Of a DNA stretch of 64,000 nucleotides, positions 7,459 through 17,208 are shown one piece after another. The notes under the pieces were generated by a model. It saw only the letters and a program-made list of their open reading frames with translations. It made no database searches and was not told where the DNA came from. Numbering within the stretch: position 1 is the first letter of the stretch; each line of letters opens with the position of its first letter. Origin of the DNA: a virus (lineage: Duplodnaviria > Caudoviricetes); the IMG/VR virus record IMGVR_UViG_2706795703_000001, positions 1 through 64,000 of that record; one strand, 5' to 3'. A program made the position numbers and the translations under genes.

Positions 7459-9357
7459 ATGGCTGCCTCCAATCTGCGCGTCACCCGCCGCCCCAAGGGC
7501 AGCCCCGCACGCCGGTCACTGACCGCCGCCAGCCAGCCCGTGCTGGACACCCGCAAGGCATTCCGCGCGGTCGCGGGCAACATCGGTCGCGCCGACTGGC
7601 AGGCCGAGGCGTGGGACAGCATGGACATGGTCGGCGAACTGCGCTACTACGTCGGCTGGCGCGCATCGTCGTGCAGCCGCGTGGACCTGATCGCCAGCGA
7701 GATTGATGACGAGACGGGCAAGCCCACCGGCGGCATCCGCGACGATGACCCCGACGGCCTGCGGTTTTTGCAGATCGTCAAGGCCATGGCGGGCGGGCCC
7801 CTGGGCCAGGCCCAGCTGCTCAAGCGCGCCGCCGAATGCCTGACGGTGCCCGGTGAGCACTACATCGTGCTACTGGACCAGGGCGACAAGAACAACGACG
7901 GCACGCCGCGCCATAACTGGTATGCGGTGACGCGCGAAGAAGTCAAGAACAAGGGTGGCGACGAGACCGATATTGAGCTGCCGGACGGCACGCTGCACCC
8001 GTACAACAAACGGCGCGACACCATGTTCCGCGTCTGGAATCCCCGGCCGCGCCGCGCCCAGGAACCCGACAGCCCGGTGCGCGCCTGCCTGGACAGCCTG
8101 CGCGAAATCATCCGCACTACCAAGAAGATTCGCAACGCCAGCAAGTCGCGGCTGATCGGCAACGGCGTGGTCTTCCTGCCCCAGGAACTCAGCTTGCCCA
8201 GCGCGCAGGCCCCGACGGCTGAGCCAGCTGACCCCGACCTGCCCGTGCCCATCGTCACCGGCGTACCGGCGGCCGACGAGCTGAGTAACCTGCTGTTCCA
8301 GACCGCCGAGGCAGCGGTGGACGACGAGGACAGCCAGGCCGCGCTCATCCCGCTGCTGGCCACCGTGCCCGGCGAGCACTTGCAGAAGATTTTCCACCTG
8401 AAGATCGGTAACGAAATTACCGAGGTGGAGATTAAGACCCGCAACGACGCCATCGCGCGCCTGGCCATGGGTCTGGACGTCAGCCCCGAGCGCCTGCTGG
8501 GTCTGGGCAGCAACAGCAACCACTGGTCGGCCTGGCAGATCGGTGACGAGGACGTACAGCTGCACATCAAGCCCGTCATGGAAGTGCTGTGCGCGGCCAT
8601 CTACCGCGAGGTGCTGGTCAAGGTACTGCGCGGCGAGGGCATCGACCCCGACAAGTACGTGCTCTGGTACGACGCCAGTGGGCTGACCGTCGACCCCGAC
8701 AAGACCGACGAGGCCACCGCCGCCAAGGAACAGGGCGCGATCACCCACGAGGCGTACCGCCGCTACCTTGGCCTGGCCGACGAGGACGGCTACGACCTGG
8801 AGACCCTGGAAGGTGCGCAGGCGTGGGCCCGGGACGCCATCGTGGCCGACCCCACGCTGATTACCACCCTGGCCCCGCTGCTGGAGGGCACCGACCTGGG
8901 CGAAATCGAGTTCCCCGTGCCCCAGCCAGCGCTACCGCCGGGGGAGTCCGACCAGACCGACGAGGACACCGAGGGCGGCGAACCAGCCACCGAGGACAAC
9001 GCGGGCAGCGACACCGCCGGGGCCGGGGTCAGCAGCGTGGCCGACATGGTGCTGGCCGAGCGTCTGCTGACCACGCGGGCGCTGGGCCTGGCAGGCAAGC
9101 GCCGCGTGAACGTGCGCGACACCGCCCAGAAGGCGCGGCTGACCGGCATTGCCCCGCACGACTACCACCGCGTCATGGGCCCGGTGGCCGACGCCGACAT
9201 CCCCCGGCTGATTGCAGGCTGGGACGAAGGACTCGAGGAGGAGGCGCTGGCGCTGCTGGGCATCGACACCGCCCGCACCGAGGCGCTGCGCAGCGCTGTA
9301 CGCGCCCAGGTACGTCGTGAGCTGACTATGCCCGTTGTTGACGCGGAGGTGTGCTGA
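7459..9357 (+). CDS. Portal protein
   Basis: 632 aa after terminase and before head genes; WQAEAW and SNHWSAWQI motifs. Confidence 0.8.
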   Translation: MAASNLRVTRRPKGSPARRSLTAASQPVLDTRKAFRAVAGNIGRADWQAEAWDSMDMVGELRYYVGWRASSCSRVDLIASEIDDETGKPTGGIRDDDPDGLRFLQIVKAMAGGPLGQAQLLKRAAECLTVPGEHYIVLLDQGDKNNDGTPRHNWYAVTREEVKNKGGDETDIELPDGTLHPYNKRRDTMFRVWNPRPRRAQEPDSPVRACLDSLREIIRTTKKIRNASKSRLIGNGVVFLPQELSLPSAQAPTAEPADPDLPVPIVTGVPAADELSNLLFQTAEAAVDDEDSQAALIPLLATVPGEHLQKIFHLKIGNEITEVEIKTRNDAIARLAMGLDVSPERLLGLGSNSNHWSAWQIGDEDVQLHIKPVMEVLCAAIYREVLVKVLRGEGIDPDKYVLWYDASGLTVDPDKTDEATAAKEQGAITHEAYRRYLGLADEDGYDLETLEGAQAWARDAIVADPTLITTLAPLLEGTDLGEIEFPVPQPALPPGESDQTDEDTEGGEPATEDNAGSDTAGAGVSSVADMVLAERLLTTRALGLAGKRRVNVRDTAQKARLTGIAPHDYHRVMGPVADADIPRLIAGWDEGLEEEALALLGIDTARTEALRSAVRAQVRRELTMPVVDAEVC

Positions 9358-11855
9358 TGTGGCCGCTGCCTGGTGAGGCGCTGAACCGAACCATCGAAGT
9401 GGAGGCGGGCATTGCCGACCTGTACGCCGAGGCCCTGAATACGTGGTGTCACGGGGCGCGCGCTGCGGTCCTGCCTGAGCTGCCGACCAGTGAAAACGAT
9501 GTTCTCACTGCTGCTGGGAGTTTGCCGCCTGAGCCTGGTTCTTCCGATGAAAACGCCGGGGTCTGGGACCAGCTATCGACTGAGCTGATCCTAGCAGGTG
9601 TGTCAACTCTGTGGGCGTTGTCGCTGGTAGAAGCAATGAATGGGATGGGTATTGACTTACCGAATATTGACCTGACCGGCCGTGATGCGCCGGTCATACC
9701 GTCTTCGGTTGCCCGTGCCATTACTTCGACTAGCGAAGTAGCTGTAGAAGAACTTCGAGCAGCGGTGGACACGGTCGAGTCGGTGCCTGCGCTGCGCCAG
9801 GCCCGCGACGACTACGTGGCTACCCAGCGCGAGGCGGTGGCAGCGGTACCGGCCGTGGTGCAGGACAAGGTCAGGGCAGCGGTGGACGCGGTCAAGGTGG
9901 ACGCCGCCCAGCATGACCCCATGCACGTGGACAACGACGTGCCGATTATCGAGGTCTACGTGACCCGCCAGCGCGAGGCAGCGGCGGCGGTGCTGACCCC
10001 GGGCAGCCCCGAGCTGCGCGACGTCGCGCGCAACGAGGGCTACCAGGCCGCCAGCATCCAGAACGCTGCGGTGGTGACCGCCGCCGCCCAGTCCGAGGAC
10101 GAGCTGGAGAAGGTCTGGATTGCCACCATTGACGGCAAGACCCGTCACACCCACTTCGCTGCCGACGGCCAGCGCGCACCCCTCGCCGGTAAATTCACCG
10201 TCGGTGCTGCCCTGCTGGAATTTCCGGCAGACCCCGCAGGCCCGGCGGCCGAGGTGAAGAACTGCCGTTGCCGGGTCGGCATCCTGGCACCGGACGAGGA
10301 GCTGCCTGACGAGGTCGACCGTCACACCGAGCGGCTGAATGGCCGCGACAGCGTGCAGGTCAACCGCAAGGGCAGCCAGGCCGACGAAATCCAGCGCCGG
10401 GCCAAGCAGGGCACGATCCGCGCCCGTGACGACGAGGACGGGGTAGGCCGCACGGCCAGCGCCGCACCAAGTGAACAGGAGTACGACATGCCCCAGCCCA
10501 CCCCGGCCGACACCGCTGCCGCCCTGGCCGCTGCTGCCGACGATGACGCGGCCGAGACCTTCCGCACCTTCACCGACCAGCCCATTGCGTTCGTCGGCGT
10601 GGAGACCAGCGACGGCCGGATGCTGGCCACCGACATCGAGTTCAGCGTGCGCACCCCGCCGCTGCCGATGATGTGGACCAAGCAGACCGGGTACGGCCAC
10701 GAGGACGCCTTCACCGTCGGGGTCATCGAGTCGGCCCGCGTCGACGGTGACACCGTGCGCGGGTCGGGCTACTGGCTGAACACCACCGAGGCCGACGAGG
10801 CGTTCAACGAAGCCAGCCACAAGGTCAGCCGCCCCAGCGTTGACCTGGCGCGCACCGAGTGGATGCTGGCCGACGAGGACGGCAAGGAAATCACCGAGGA
10901 GCAGTGGTGGGACATGCCGCCCGACGCCAAGGTGCTTCAGGTCATCACCGCCGGTGAGCTGATCGGGACCACCATGGTGGCCACCCCCGCCTTCGGCGAC
11001 ACCATGATCGAATTCAACGACGAGCGCGAGACCCGCGATGCTGCGCTGGTTGCCAGCGCCGCCGAGTCGTTCCGGCCCCGCGTCTACAAGGCCGAGCTGT
11101 TCGCGGACCCCCAGCTGTCGGGCCCGACGCTGCCAACCATGGACCCCGACACCGGCCGCATCTTCGGACACCTGGCCTGCTTCGGTGCCTGCCACCGCAG
11201 CATCCAGGCCGAATGCGTGGTGGCCCCGCGCAACGGCACCGACTACGACGAGTTCCACACCAGCCCGGCGGTGCAGCTGGACAACGGCACCCGCCTGGCC
11301 GTGGGACGGCTGACCGTCGGCACCGGCCACGCGCCCGACAGCCTGCGCGGTGGCCCAGCCCTGGCGCACTACGACAACACCGGCACCGCCTGGGCACTGG
11401 TCCACGTCTACGAAGATGCCCATGGCATTGCCTTCAGCGGCGTGGCTGCACCCTGGGCGACGGCCGAGCAGATCGAGGAGGGCCTGTCCAGCCCGCTGTC
11501 GGGCGACTGGCGCGACTTCGGCCGGGGCCTGAAGCTGATTGCCGCGCTGTCGGTCAATACCCCCGGCTTCGCCGTGCGCGGGCGCGAGGGCGACATGGGC
11601 CAGCCGGTCGCGTTGGTGGCCAGCCTGGGCCCCGACCCGCGCAAGCTGGCCGGGCAGCGTCAGGCGTTGGGGGCCAACGACATTGCCGACATCGTGGCCC
11701 GTGCCGTCACCACCGCCCTGGCCCAGCGCGACACCGACGCCGAGCTGGCGGTGCTGTTCGACCAGGCCGACGAGCAGCTGGGCCCGCTGCCGCAGCCGCT
11801 GACCCCCGACGAGGAAATCGACGCGCTGCTGGCCGACGCCGAGGCAGGTGCCTGA
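9351..11855 (+). CDS. MuF-like head morphogenesis domain fused to capsid maturation protease
   Basis: KVWIATIDGKTRHTH...FPADP...NCRCR is MuF-like; downstream GVETSDGR and PAF motifs are prohead-protease-like. Start could be ATG 9357. Confidence 0.8.
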   Translation: MLMWPLPGEALNRTIEVEAGIADLYAEALNTWCHGARAAVLPELPTSENDVLTAAGSLPPEPGSSDENAGVWDQLSTELILAGVSTLWALSLVEAMNGMGIDLPNIDLTGRDAPVIPSSVARAITSTSEVAVEELRAAVDTVESVPALRQARDDYVATQREAVAAVPAVVQDKVRAAVDAVKVDAAQHDPMHVDNDVPIIEVYVTRQREAAAAVLTPGSPELRDVARNEGYQAASIQNAAVVTAAAQSEDELEKVWIATIDGKTRHTHFAADGQRAPLAGKFTVGAALLEFPADPAGPAAEVKNCRCRVGILAPDEELPDEVDRHTERLNGRDSVQVNRKGSQADEIQRRAKQGTIRARDDEDGVGRTASAAPSEQEYDMPQPTPADTAAALAAAADDDAAETFRTFTDQPIAFVGVETSDGRMLATDIEFSVRTPPLPMMWTKQTGYGHEDAFTVGVIESARVDGDTVRGSGYWLNTTEADEAFNEASHKVSRPSVDLARTEWMLADEDGKEITEEQWWDMPPDAKVLQVITAGELIGTTMVATPAFGDTMIEFNDERETRDAALVASAAESFRPRVYKAELFADPQLSGPTLPTMDPDTGRIFGHLACFGACHRSIQAECVVAPRNGTDYDEFHTSPAVQLDNGTRLAVGRLTVGTGHAPDSLRGGPALAHYDNTGTAWALVHVYEDAHGIAFSGVAAPWATAEQIEEGLSSPLSGDWRDFGRGLKLIAALSVNTPGFAVRGREGDMGQPVALVASLGPDPRKLAGQRQALGANDIADIVARAVTTALAQRDTDAELAVLFDQADEQLGPLPQPLTPDEEIDALLADAEAGA

Positions 11856-12076
11856 TGTGCGGCTGCAACGGTGGCGCGGGCAGCGGCAACCGCAACGACA
11901 CCATCGGCTACTACGTCGTGCTGCCGGGCGGGGCCATGCTGCCCGACGGGGTCAACCCCACCGACCCTGCTGCTGGGGAGCCGCCGTACGCCTTCTACCA
12001 GGAGGCGCACAACCAGGTGGTACTGAACGGCGGGGGCACTGTGCGCCGCCTGCGCCGGGTGCCAGCAACCACCTAG
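11855..12076 (+). CDS. 73-aa hypothetical protein starting MCGC
   Basis: ATG overlaps the upstream stop (TGATG); C-terminal part of track ORF 11213..12076. Confidence 0.7.
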   Translation: MCGCNGGAGSGNRNDTIGYYVVLPGGAMLPDGVNPTDPAAGEPPYAFYQEAHNQVVLNGGGTVRRLRRVPATT

Positions 12077-12219
12077 CTAGGCGGCGACTTTGCGGCAGCG
12101 ATGCCGTTTGTTGCACACACCTTCGTTACTGTCGACCACCAGAGAGTTCCCGCCCGCGTTATGTACCGGGGGACGATCACCGAAAGCCATGTACGCGCTG
12201 CTTAGACAAGGAGTTCGCA

Positions 12220-14025
12220 GTGTTCGTCTCCCCCGCTCCGCATTACGGCGTGAGCTTCCGTGCCCGCAAGGTGGGCCAGTTCGACCACCAGATGCCTGCC
12301 ACGCTGCCGACCGACGCCGCCGCCCTGGCAACGCTGATCGCCAGCGCCGAAGCAGACATCAACGTCTACCGCGCCCGCCGTGGTGCAGGCGAGAAGCTGA
12401 CCGGCGCTGACGCCACCCGGCTGAAGTCGCTGCTGGCCGACGTCGGCACCCTGGCCGCCGCGCACGCCACCGCCGTGCTGGCCGATCAGGAGGCTGCCCC
12501 GGCTGACGAGGCTGAGCTGGACGCGCTGCTGAACCCGCCCGCTGACGAGGCCCCGGCCGACGAAGCGCCTGCGGACGAGGCACCGGCGGCCGACGACGAG
12601 GGCGACGCCCCCGCCGACGACGCCGACGCGCCAGCCGACGCCCCGGCTGTGCCGGTCGCTGCCAGCGCCACCCCGACCAACGGCACCCGCCCGGTCAACT
12701 TCAGCGCGGCCAATGGTGGCACCCCGCCCCCGGCTGGCAACGGCGAAGGCCCGACCCCCGGCTGGATCATGCAGCCCGGTGTCCCCGGGTACAAGGCCGG
12801 TCAGGACAAGGTCGGCTTCGCCCAGCTGGCCCGCCAGCTGGACACCATCCGGCCCGGCAGCCGGTCGGTGCGGGCCAACCGCCCCGACAAGCACATGGAC
12901 GGCCAGTCCTTCAGCGCCCAGGTCGTGTCGGCGCTGACCCGTGACATGCCGGTGGTGGACGACGCCCACGCGCTGGTCGCGGCCATCAACAAGGCCACCA
13001 GCGAGGTCAAGGGCGAGCGCGTCACGGCCGAGTCGCTGACGGCGGCCGGTGGCTGGTGCGCCCCGTCGGAGCAGCTGTATGACTTCTGTGACGTCCCCGA
13101 CGCCACCGACCTGCTCAGCCTGCCCGAAATCACCATCAATCGCGGTGGTGTGCGCTGGCCGCGTGAGCCCGATCTGTCCGGCATTTTCGAGGACTTCGAG
13201 TGGTTCTTCACCGAGCCGGAACTCGAGGCCGTCGACGGTGTCACGGGCTTGCCTACTGCCGTCAAGCAGTGCGTGGAAATCCCGTGCCCCGAGGACTTTG
13301 ACGAAATCCGCCTGAACGCCGTGGGCTGGTGCGTCGAAGCGGGCATCCTCCAGGAACAGGGCTGGCCGGAACTGATCGAGTGGTTCATGCGGTCGCTGAC
13401 CCAGGAGCACCTGCGGGCGCTGTCGCGCCGGTCGATCCTCAACATCGTCGCCGGGTCGGGTGCCGCCAAGGTCATCCCGCCCACGTCGGTCATGGGGTCG
13501 GTTGCGTCGGTGCTGAACAGCATTGCGCTGATGGCCACCAACATCCGGCTCAAGCGTGGTCTGTCGCGCACCGCCACCATCGAGGGCATCGCGCCGTCGT
13601 GGTTCTTCGAGGTGCTGCGCGCTGACCTGGCATTCCGCGAGGGCACCGACACGTTCGCCGTGTCGGACGCTCAGATCCTGGGCTGGCTGACCGCGCGCAA
13701 CATCGCGCTCCAGTTCGTCGGTGACTGGCAGACCCGTGGCGCGGGCCTGCCGGGCAACCTGGACACCCTGGTGTGGCCGTCCACCGTGCAGCTGGTGCTG
13801 TACCCGGCGGGTACCTGGTTCCGGTCGATGAGCAACGTCATTGAGCTGGGCGTCATGTACCCCAAGGAACAGCTCCAGGTCAACCGCTTCACGCGGATGT
13901 TCACCGAGGACGCCATTGCGGTGGGCAAGCGCTGCGGCGAGTCGGTCCTGGTGACCATCCCGCTGGACGTGACCGGTGCCATTGGCCAGCGCGAGTACCT
14001 GGCAGCCAATACGCCTGCACCGTAA
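12220..14025 (+). CDS. Major capsid protein (hexamer type) with acidic N-terminal extension
   Basis: AAGGAG RBS before GTG 12220; LTAAGGWCAPSEQLYD capsid motif; DEAPA x3 at 12544-12588. Confidence 0.85.
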   Translation: MFVSPAPHYGVSFRARKVGQFDHQMPATLPTDAAALATLIASAEADINVYRARRGAGEKLTGADATRLKSLLADVGTLAAAHATAVLADQEAAPADEAELDALLNPPADEAPADEAPADEAPAADDEGDAPADDADAPADAPAVPVAASATPTNGTRPVNFSAANGGTPPPAGNGEGPTPGWIMQPGVPGYKAGQDKVGFAQLARQLDTIRPGSRSVRANRPDKHMDGQSFSAQVVSALTRDMPVVDDAHALVAAINKATSEVKGERVTAESLTAAGGWCAPSEQLYDFCDVPDATDLLSLPEITINRGGVRWPREPDLSGIFEDFEWFFTEPELEAVDGVTGLPTAVKQCVEIPCPEDFDEIRLNAVGWCVEAGILQEQGWPELIEWFMRSLTQEHLRALSRRSILNIVAGSGAAKVIPPTSVMGSVASVLNSIALMATNIRLKRGLSRTATIEGIAPSWFFEVLRADLAFREGTDTFAVSDAQILGWLTARNIALQFVGDWQTRGAGLPGNLDTLVWPSTVQLVLYPAGTWFRSMSNVIELGVMYPKEQLQVNRFTRMFTEDAIAVGKRCGESVLVTIPLDVTGAIGQREYLAANTPAP

Positions 14026-14045
14026 GGCAGGCCGCACGTCAGACT

Positions 14046-14094
14046 GAGGGCGGGCGAAGTGGACAACCCGAGGCCGTCCGCTTAGCCCGCCCTC
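14046..14094 (+). terminator. Long stem-loop after the major capsid gene (terminator/attenuator)
   Basis: GAGGGCGGGC...GCCCGCCCTC outer stem with inner AAGTGGAC/GTCCGCTT stem, followed by TTCT. Confidence 0.6.
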
Positions 14095-14118
14095 TTCTCG
14101 TCTACCCAGGAGGACCAC

Positions 14119-14907
14119 ATGACCGCCCCCGTTATCGACGTGGTGCATTTCGACGTGCCGCCGGTCAACCCGACCACCTACGGCCTGTATGGCGCGGTCG
14201 GCACCTGGCAGACCGACGACGAGCCCAACCGCTGGCATCACGGTGTCGAGTTCCGCAGCACCGGCAACTACGGCGGCGAAGGCAGCTTCGGGGTCTGGAA
14301 CGCCCCGTGGTGCGGTGACCCGGTCCCCGCCGATCAGATCAAAGACGGCGAGCGCCCCGGCAACCTGGACCCATTCGAGCGCACCGTGGTGTGGGCCTAT
14401 GACGAATGTGACCTGACCGCGCCCAGCCGCGCAGAGGTCCAGGCGCGTGCTGCCCAGGTGCTGCGCCTGGAGGAACAGGTGGCAGTCGAGCGGGAGTTCG
14501 CGGCGCGGATGCTGCTGGACGCCGCCGACGTCGCTACCCCGATCCCCACCGCTGCCAGCCTGGCCCAGGCCGTCGGCGCGCTGGAGGCGGCGGTGGCGCT
14601 GACCAATACCCAGGCATACCTGCACATCGCGCCGCAGTGGGTGGCCCTGGACACCGACCTGTTCAAGAAGTCCGGCACCACCTGGACCAGCCCGCTGGGC
14701 AACATCTGGGTCATCGGTGGCGGCTACGTCGACGGCCTGGAAGACACCATCGTGGCCACCAGCCAGCCCTACGGCTGGCGCGACGAACCGACGGTGCGCA
14801 CGGCCATAGACGAGCGGGCAAACATCTTCGCCGCAGTGGCCGAGCGTAGCGTTCTCATCGGATACGAGGCGGTCATTGCCGCTGTGACCATCACGCCCAC
14901 CCCGTAA
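14119..14907 (+). CDS. Second capsid-associated protein (probable pentamer-type capsid protein)
   Basis: AGGAGG RBS; position directly after the major capsid matches the cluster B arrangement as I recall it. Confidence 0.6.
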   Translation: MTAPVIDVVHFDVPPVNPTTYGLYGAVGTWQTDDEPNRWHHGVEFRSTGNYGGEGSFGVWNAPWCGDPVPADQIKDGERPGNLDPFERTVVWAYDECDLTAPSRAEVQARAAQVLRLEEQVAVEREFAARMLLDAADVATPIPTAASLAQAVGALEAAVALTNTQAYLHIAPQWVALDTDLFKKSGTTWTSPLGNIWVIGGGYVDGLEDTIVATSQPYGWRDEPTVRTAIDERANIFAAVAERSVLIGYEAVIAAVTITPTP

Positions 14908-14917
14908 GGAGCACGAC

Positions 14918-15751
14918 ATGCCCGCAGGCATCATCGCCACCGTGGACAACGGCTACGCCACCATCGACTTCGTGGACCCGGCGCTGCGCGGTCCGGCGTT
15001 GCAGGAACTGATCGAAATTGGCGGGCCCGCCAGCGTGGAGACCATCACCCGCGACGGCCCGCGTCGCAAGTACCGCGTGCTGGTCGGCAACGCCCAGACC
15101 GCCGGACTGCTGGACGGTGACGAGGTCGGTGACGTCTGGTCTGCCGGGCGCGACACCGGGGCGGCAGCGGCGACGGTGGCGGCCGACCCCAACGTGAACC
15201 CGGGGTCGGACAATGCCAATTGGCACACCCCGGTGGCCGAGTACACCAGCGCCAACGCCTACGTCGGCAAGGTGCCCAACGCCACCGTGCTGCACAACCG
15301 CAACCAGGTCTACACCGGTGACGCCAACAGCACCGGCGGCGACGTGCAGCACCCGCCGACCCACGCCGAGGTCATCGCGGGCGTTCAGGCGGCCAAGACC
15401 CCGCCCACCGAGGGCTTCGCTGCCCCGCAGGCGCGGGCGGCCATGGTCGCGGGCAGCCTGGCTGAGCAGACCAGCGCGCTGGGCAGTGACCCGGGCGGCT
15501 GGGCAGAGCAGCCGGGTACCGACGAGGGGGCACCGGCTGACGCCCCCAGCGCCCCGCAGGGCGACGAAACCGCCACCGGCGACACAACGACCGCCGACAC
15601 CCCCGCCGAATATCCTGATGGCGAGCCGACGGTGGACTGGACCCGCAAGCAGCTGGACGCCTACGCGCTGGCCGTGAAGGGCCTGGACACCACCAAGCTC
15701 GACAGCAAGGCGGCTGTGCTGGCTGCGATCAACGAGGCACCCAAGGAGTAG
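14918..15751 (+). CDS. Hypothetical virion-region protein with short C-terminal helical (HeH/Rho-N-like) motif
   Basis: AAGGAG RBS; ends PTVDWTRKQLDAYA...KAAVLAAI. Confidence 0.7.
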   Translation: MPAGIIATVDNGYATIDFVDPALRGPALQELIEIGGPASVETITRDGPRRKYRVLVGNAQTAGLLDGDEVGDVWSAGRDTGAAAATVAADPNVNPGSDNANWHTPVAEYTSANAYVGKVPNATVLHNRNQVYTGDANSTGGDVQHPPTHAEVIAGVQAAKTPPTEGFAAPQARAAMVAGSLAEQTSALGSDPGGWAEQPGTDEGAPADAPSAPQGDETATGDTTTADTPAEYPDGEPTVDWTRKQLDAYALAVKGLDTTKLDSKAAVLAAINEAPKE

Positions 15752-15754
15752 CTG

Positions 15755-16156
15755 ATGACCGGTCATCAGACCGCCACCAGTGTGCGCGCGTGGCTACAGG
15801 CCCGCATCCCCGCCAGCTGGCGTGAAGCCTGGTACCGCATTGCGTCGGGTCTGGTCATGTTCCTCTTCGCCTTCGGGCTGCTGACCGCCGACGCGGTGAC
15901 GCTATGGCTTCAGCTGGCCGTGGCCACCGTGACGCTGCTGTTCGCGCTGCTGTATACGACCAGCCCGGTGCGCATCGCCTTGTATGCCATCGTGGCCCCG
16001 GTCGGTGCGGTGCTGCTGTTCTACGGCGTGGTTGACGATGTGCGCTGGGCCTTGATCAGCGCCGCCGTCGCCCAGGTCTTCGGTATCACCACAGCGGCGG
16101 CTAAGACGGTCACCGTCGATACTGGCGGTGCAGGCATTGGCCCGACACGGCAGTGA
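15755..16156 (+). CDS. Multi-pass membrane protein, holin candidate
   Basis: About four hydrophobic segments in 133 aa. Confidence 0.6.
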   Translation: MTGHQTATSVRAWLQARIPASWREAWYRIASGLVMFLFAFGLLTADAVTLWLQLAVATVTLLFALLYTTSPVRIALYAIVAPVGAVLLFYGVVDDVRWALISAAVAQVFGITTAAAKTVTVDTGGAGIGPTRQ

Positions 16157-16518
16157 CAAACCCGTGGGACGACGGTCCCCGACACCGGTCCTGGGCATCC
16201 AACACGATGCTCTCGTTTGTGCTGCTCATTGTGCTGATCATTGCCACGGTGGTCAGTGACTACTTCGGTGAACCGCCGAACTACCTTGTCGGCCTGCTGG
16301 GCACGGCGGCCGGTGCATTCTTTGCCGCCATTGGCAGCGACAAGCAGAAGCGCGACGCCGAGACCCGCGACATTGCCATCACGGCTGAAAAGACGGCACG
16401 CCGCGCCGAGGCCAAGGCCGACCATGACGGGGTCATTGAGACCACGCCGCCCGCCACCCCCGGGGAGGGCGTCGGAAGTGCCGGGGACGGGGACGGTGGG
16501 GGCGGTGGGCAACGGTGA
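16153..16518 (+). CDS. Membrane protein (two TM segments)
   Basis: GTGA overlap; two hydrophobic stretches then a charged tail. Confidence 0.65.
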   Translation: MTNPWDDGPRHRSWASNTMLSFVLLIVLIIATVVSDYFGEPPNYLVGLLGTAAGAFFAAIGSDKQKRDAETRDIAITAEKTARRAEAKADHDGVIETTPPATPGEGVGSAGDGDGGGGGQR

Positions 16519-17126
16519 CCGCTGTACTTGAACTTGTCTACAGCTTCCCATTCGCCACTGGGCTGGTGGTCGGTGTGGTCGGTCAGCGTGCGTACGCCCA
16601 CGGCGTGGCCAAGTACCAGGACGTCCACCACCCCCTGCCCAGCGGTCGGCACCGCAAGGTGCCCGGCATCAGCCGCGTCTGGGTAGCCGGGCTGGTGCTG
16701 CTGGCCACCCTGGGCTACGTGCTACTTCAGACCGGCCAGACCGAGGCCAAGTACCGGGGACTGGCGCGCAGCATGTACGACTGCCAACGCGAGTTCAACC
16801 AGGCGCTGAAGGCCCGTAGCCAGATCACCACCGAAAACGACCGCATCAGTACGCAGCAGCGCGATCTGTTCACCGCCCTGGACGAGGCGGCGGGGACACT
16901 GGTCGACCGCCAGCTGAACCCACCGGCCGACATTGCCGCGCTGCCCATGGACAGCCCCCGGCGGCTGGCGTGGAACGAGGACGTGGCCCGGGTGTACTAC
17001 CAGCGCACCAGCAAGCTGCGCGGCCAGATCGCTGACCTGCGGGCCGAGCAGACCCGGCTACAGCACGAACGGGCTGCGCACCCGCTGCCGGAACCGACAT
17101 GCGGCAGCACGCCGCCCGGGGCCTAG
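16515..17126 (+). CDS. Membrane protein with C-terminal coiled-coil
   Basis: GTGA overlap; two hydrophobic stretches, long amphipathic helix flanked by Cys. Confidence 0.65.
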   Translation: MTAVLELVYSFPFATGLVVGVVGQRAYAHGVAKYQDVHHPLPSGRHRKVPGISRVWVAGLVLLATLGYVLLQTGQTEAKYRGLARSMYDCQREFNQALKARSQITTENDRISTQQRDLFTALDEAAGTLVDRQLNPPADIAALPMDSPRRLAWNEDVARVYYQRTSKLRGQIADLRAEQTRLQHERAAHPLPEPTCGSTPPGA

Positions 17127-17208
17127 CTGCACCGTCGCCGCCTAGTGTTTGGGACAGCCTCGGAGACCGACCTGGCGCGTTGCGCCTGACACCAGGAGGA
17201 ACCAGCCA

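Noticed and set aside
9652-9662. TTGACTTACCG matching the start of the promoter/operator consensus
   Set aside because: No CGGG arm and no TANNNT at 17-18 bp; inside a CDS.
11848-12219. Track start of the capsid ORF at 11848
   Set aside because: Overlaps the real MCGC gene in another frame, and a strong AAGGAG precedes GTG 12220.
12544-12588. DEAPA x3 repeat as a DNA repeat element or array
   Set aside because: The codons differ between units; it is a protein-level low-complexity linker.
12202-14949. 915-aa antisense ORF over the capsid genes, and similar long shadow ORFs (9657..11423, 25175..27085, 44217..46499, 50312..52453)
   Set aside because: Expected by-product of strong G/C-ending codon bias on the opposite strand; translations show no motifs and there are no RBSs.
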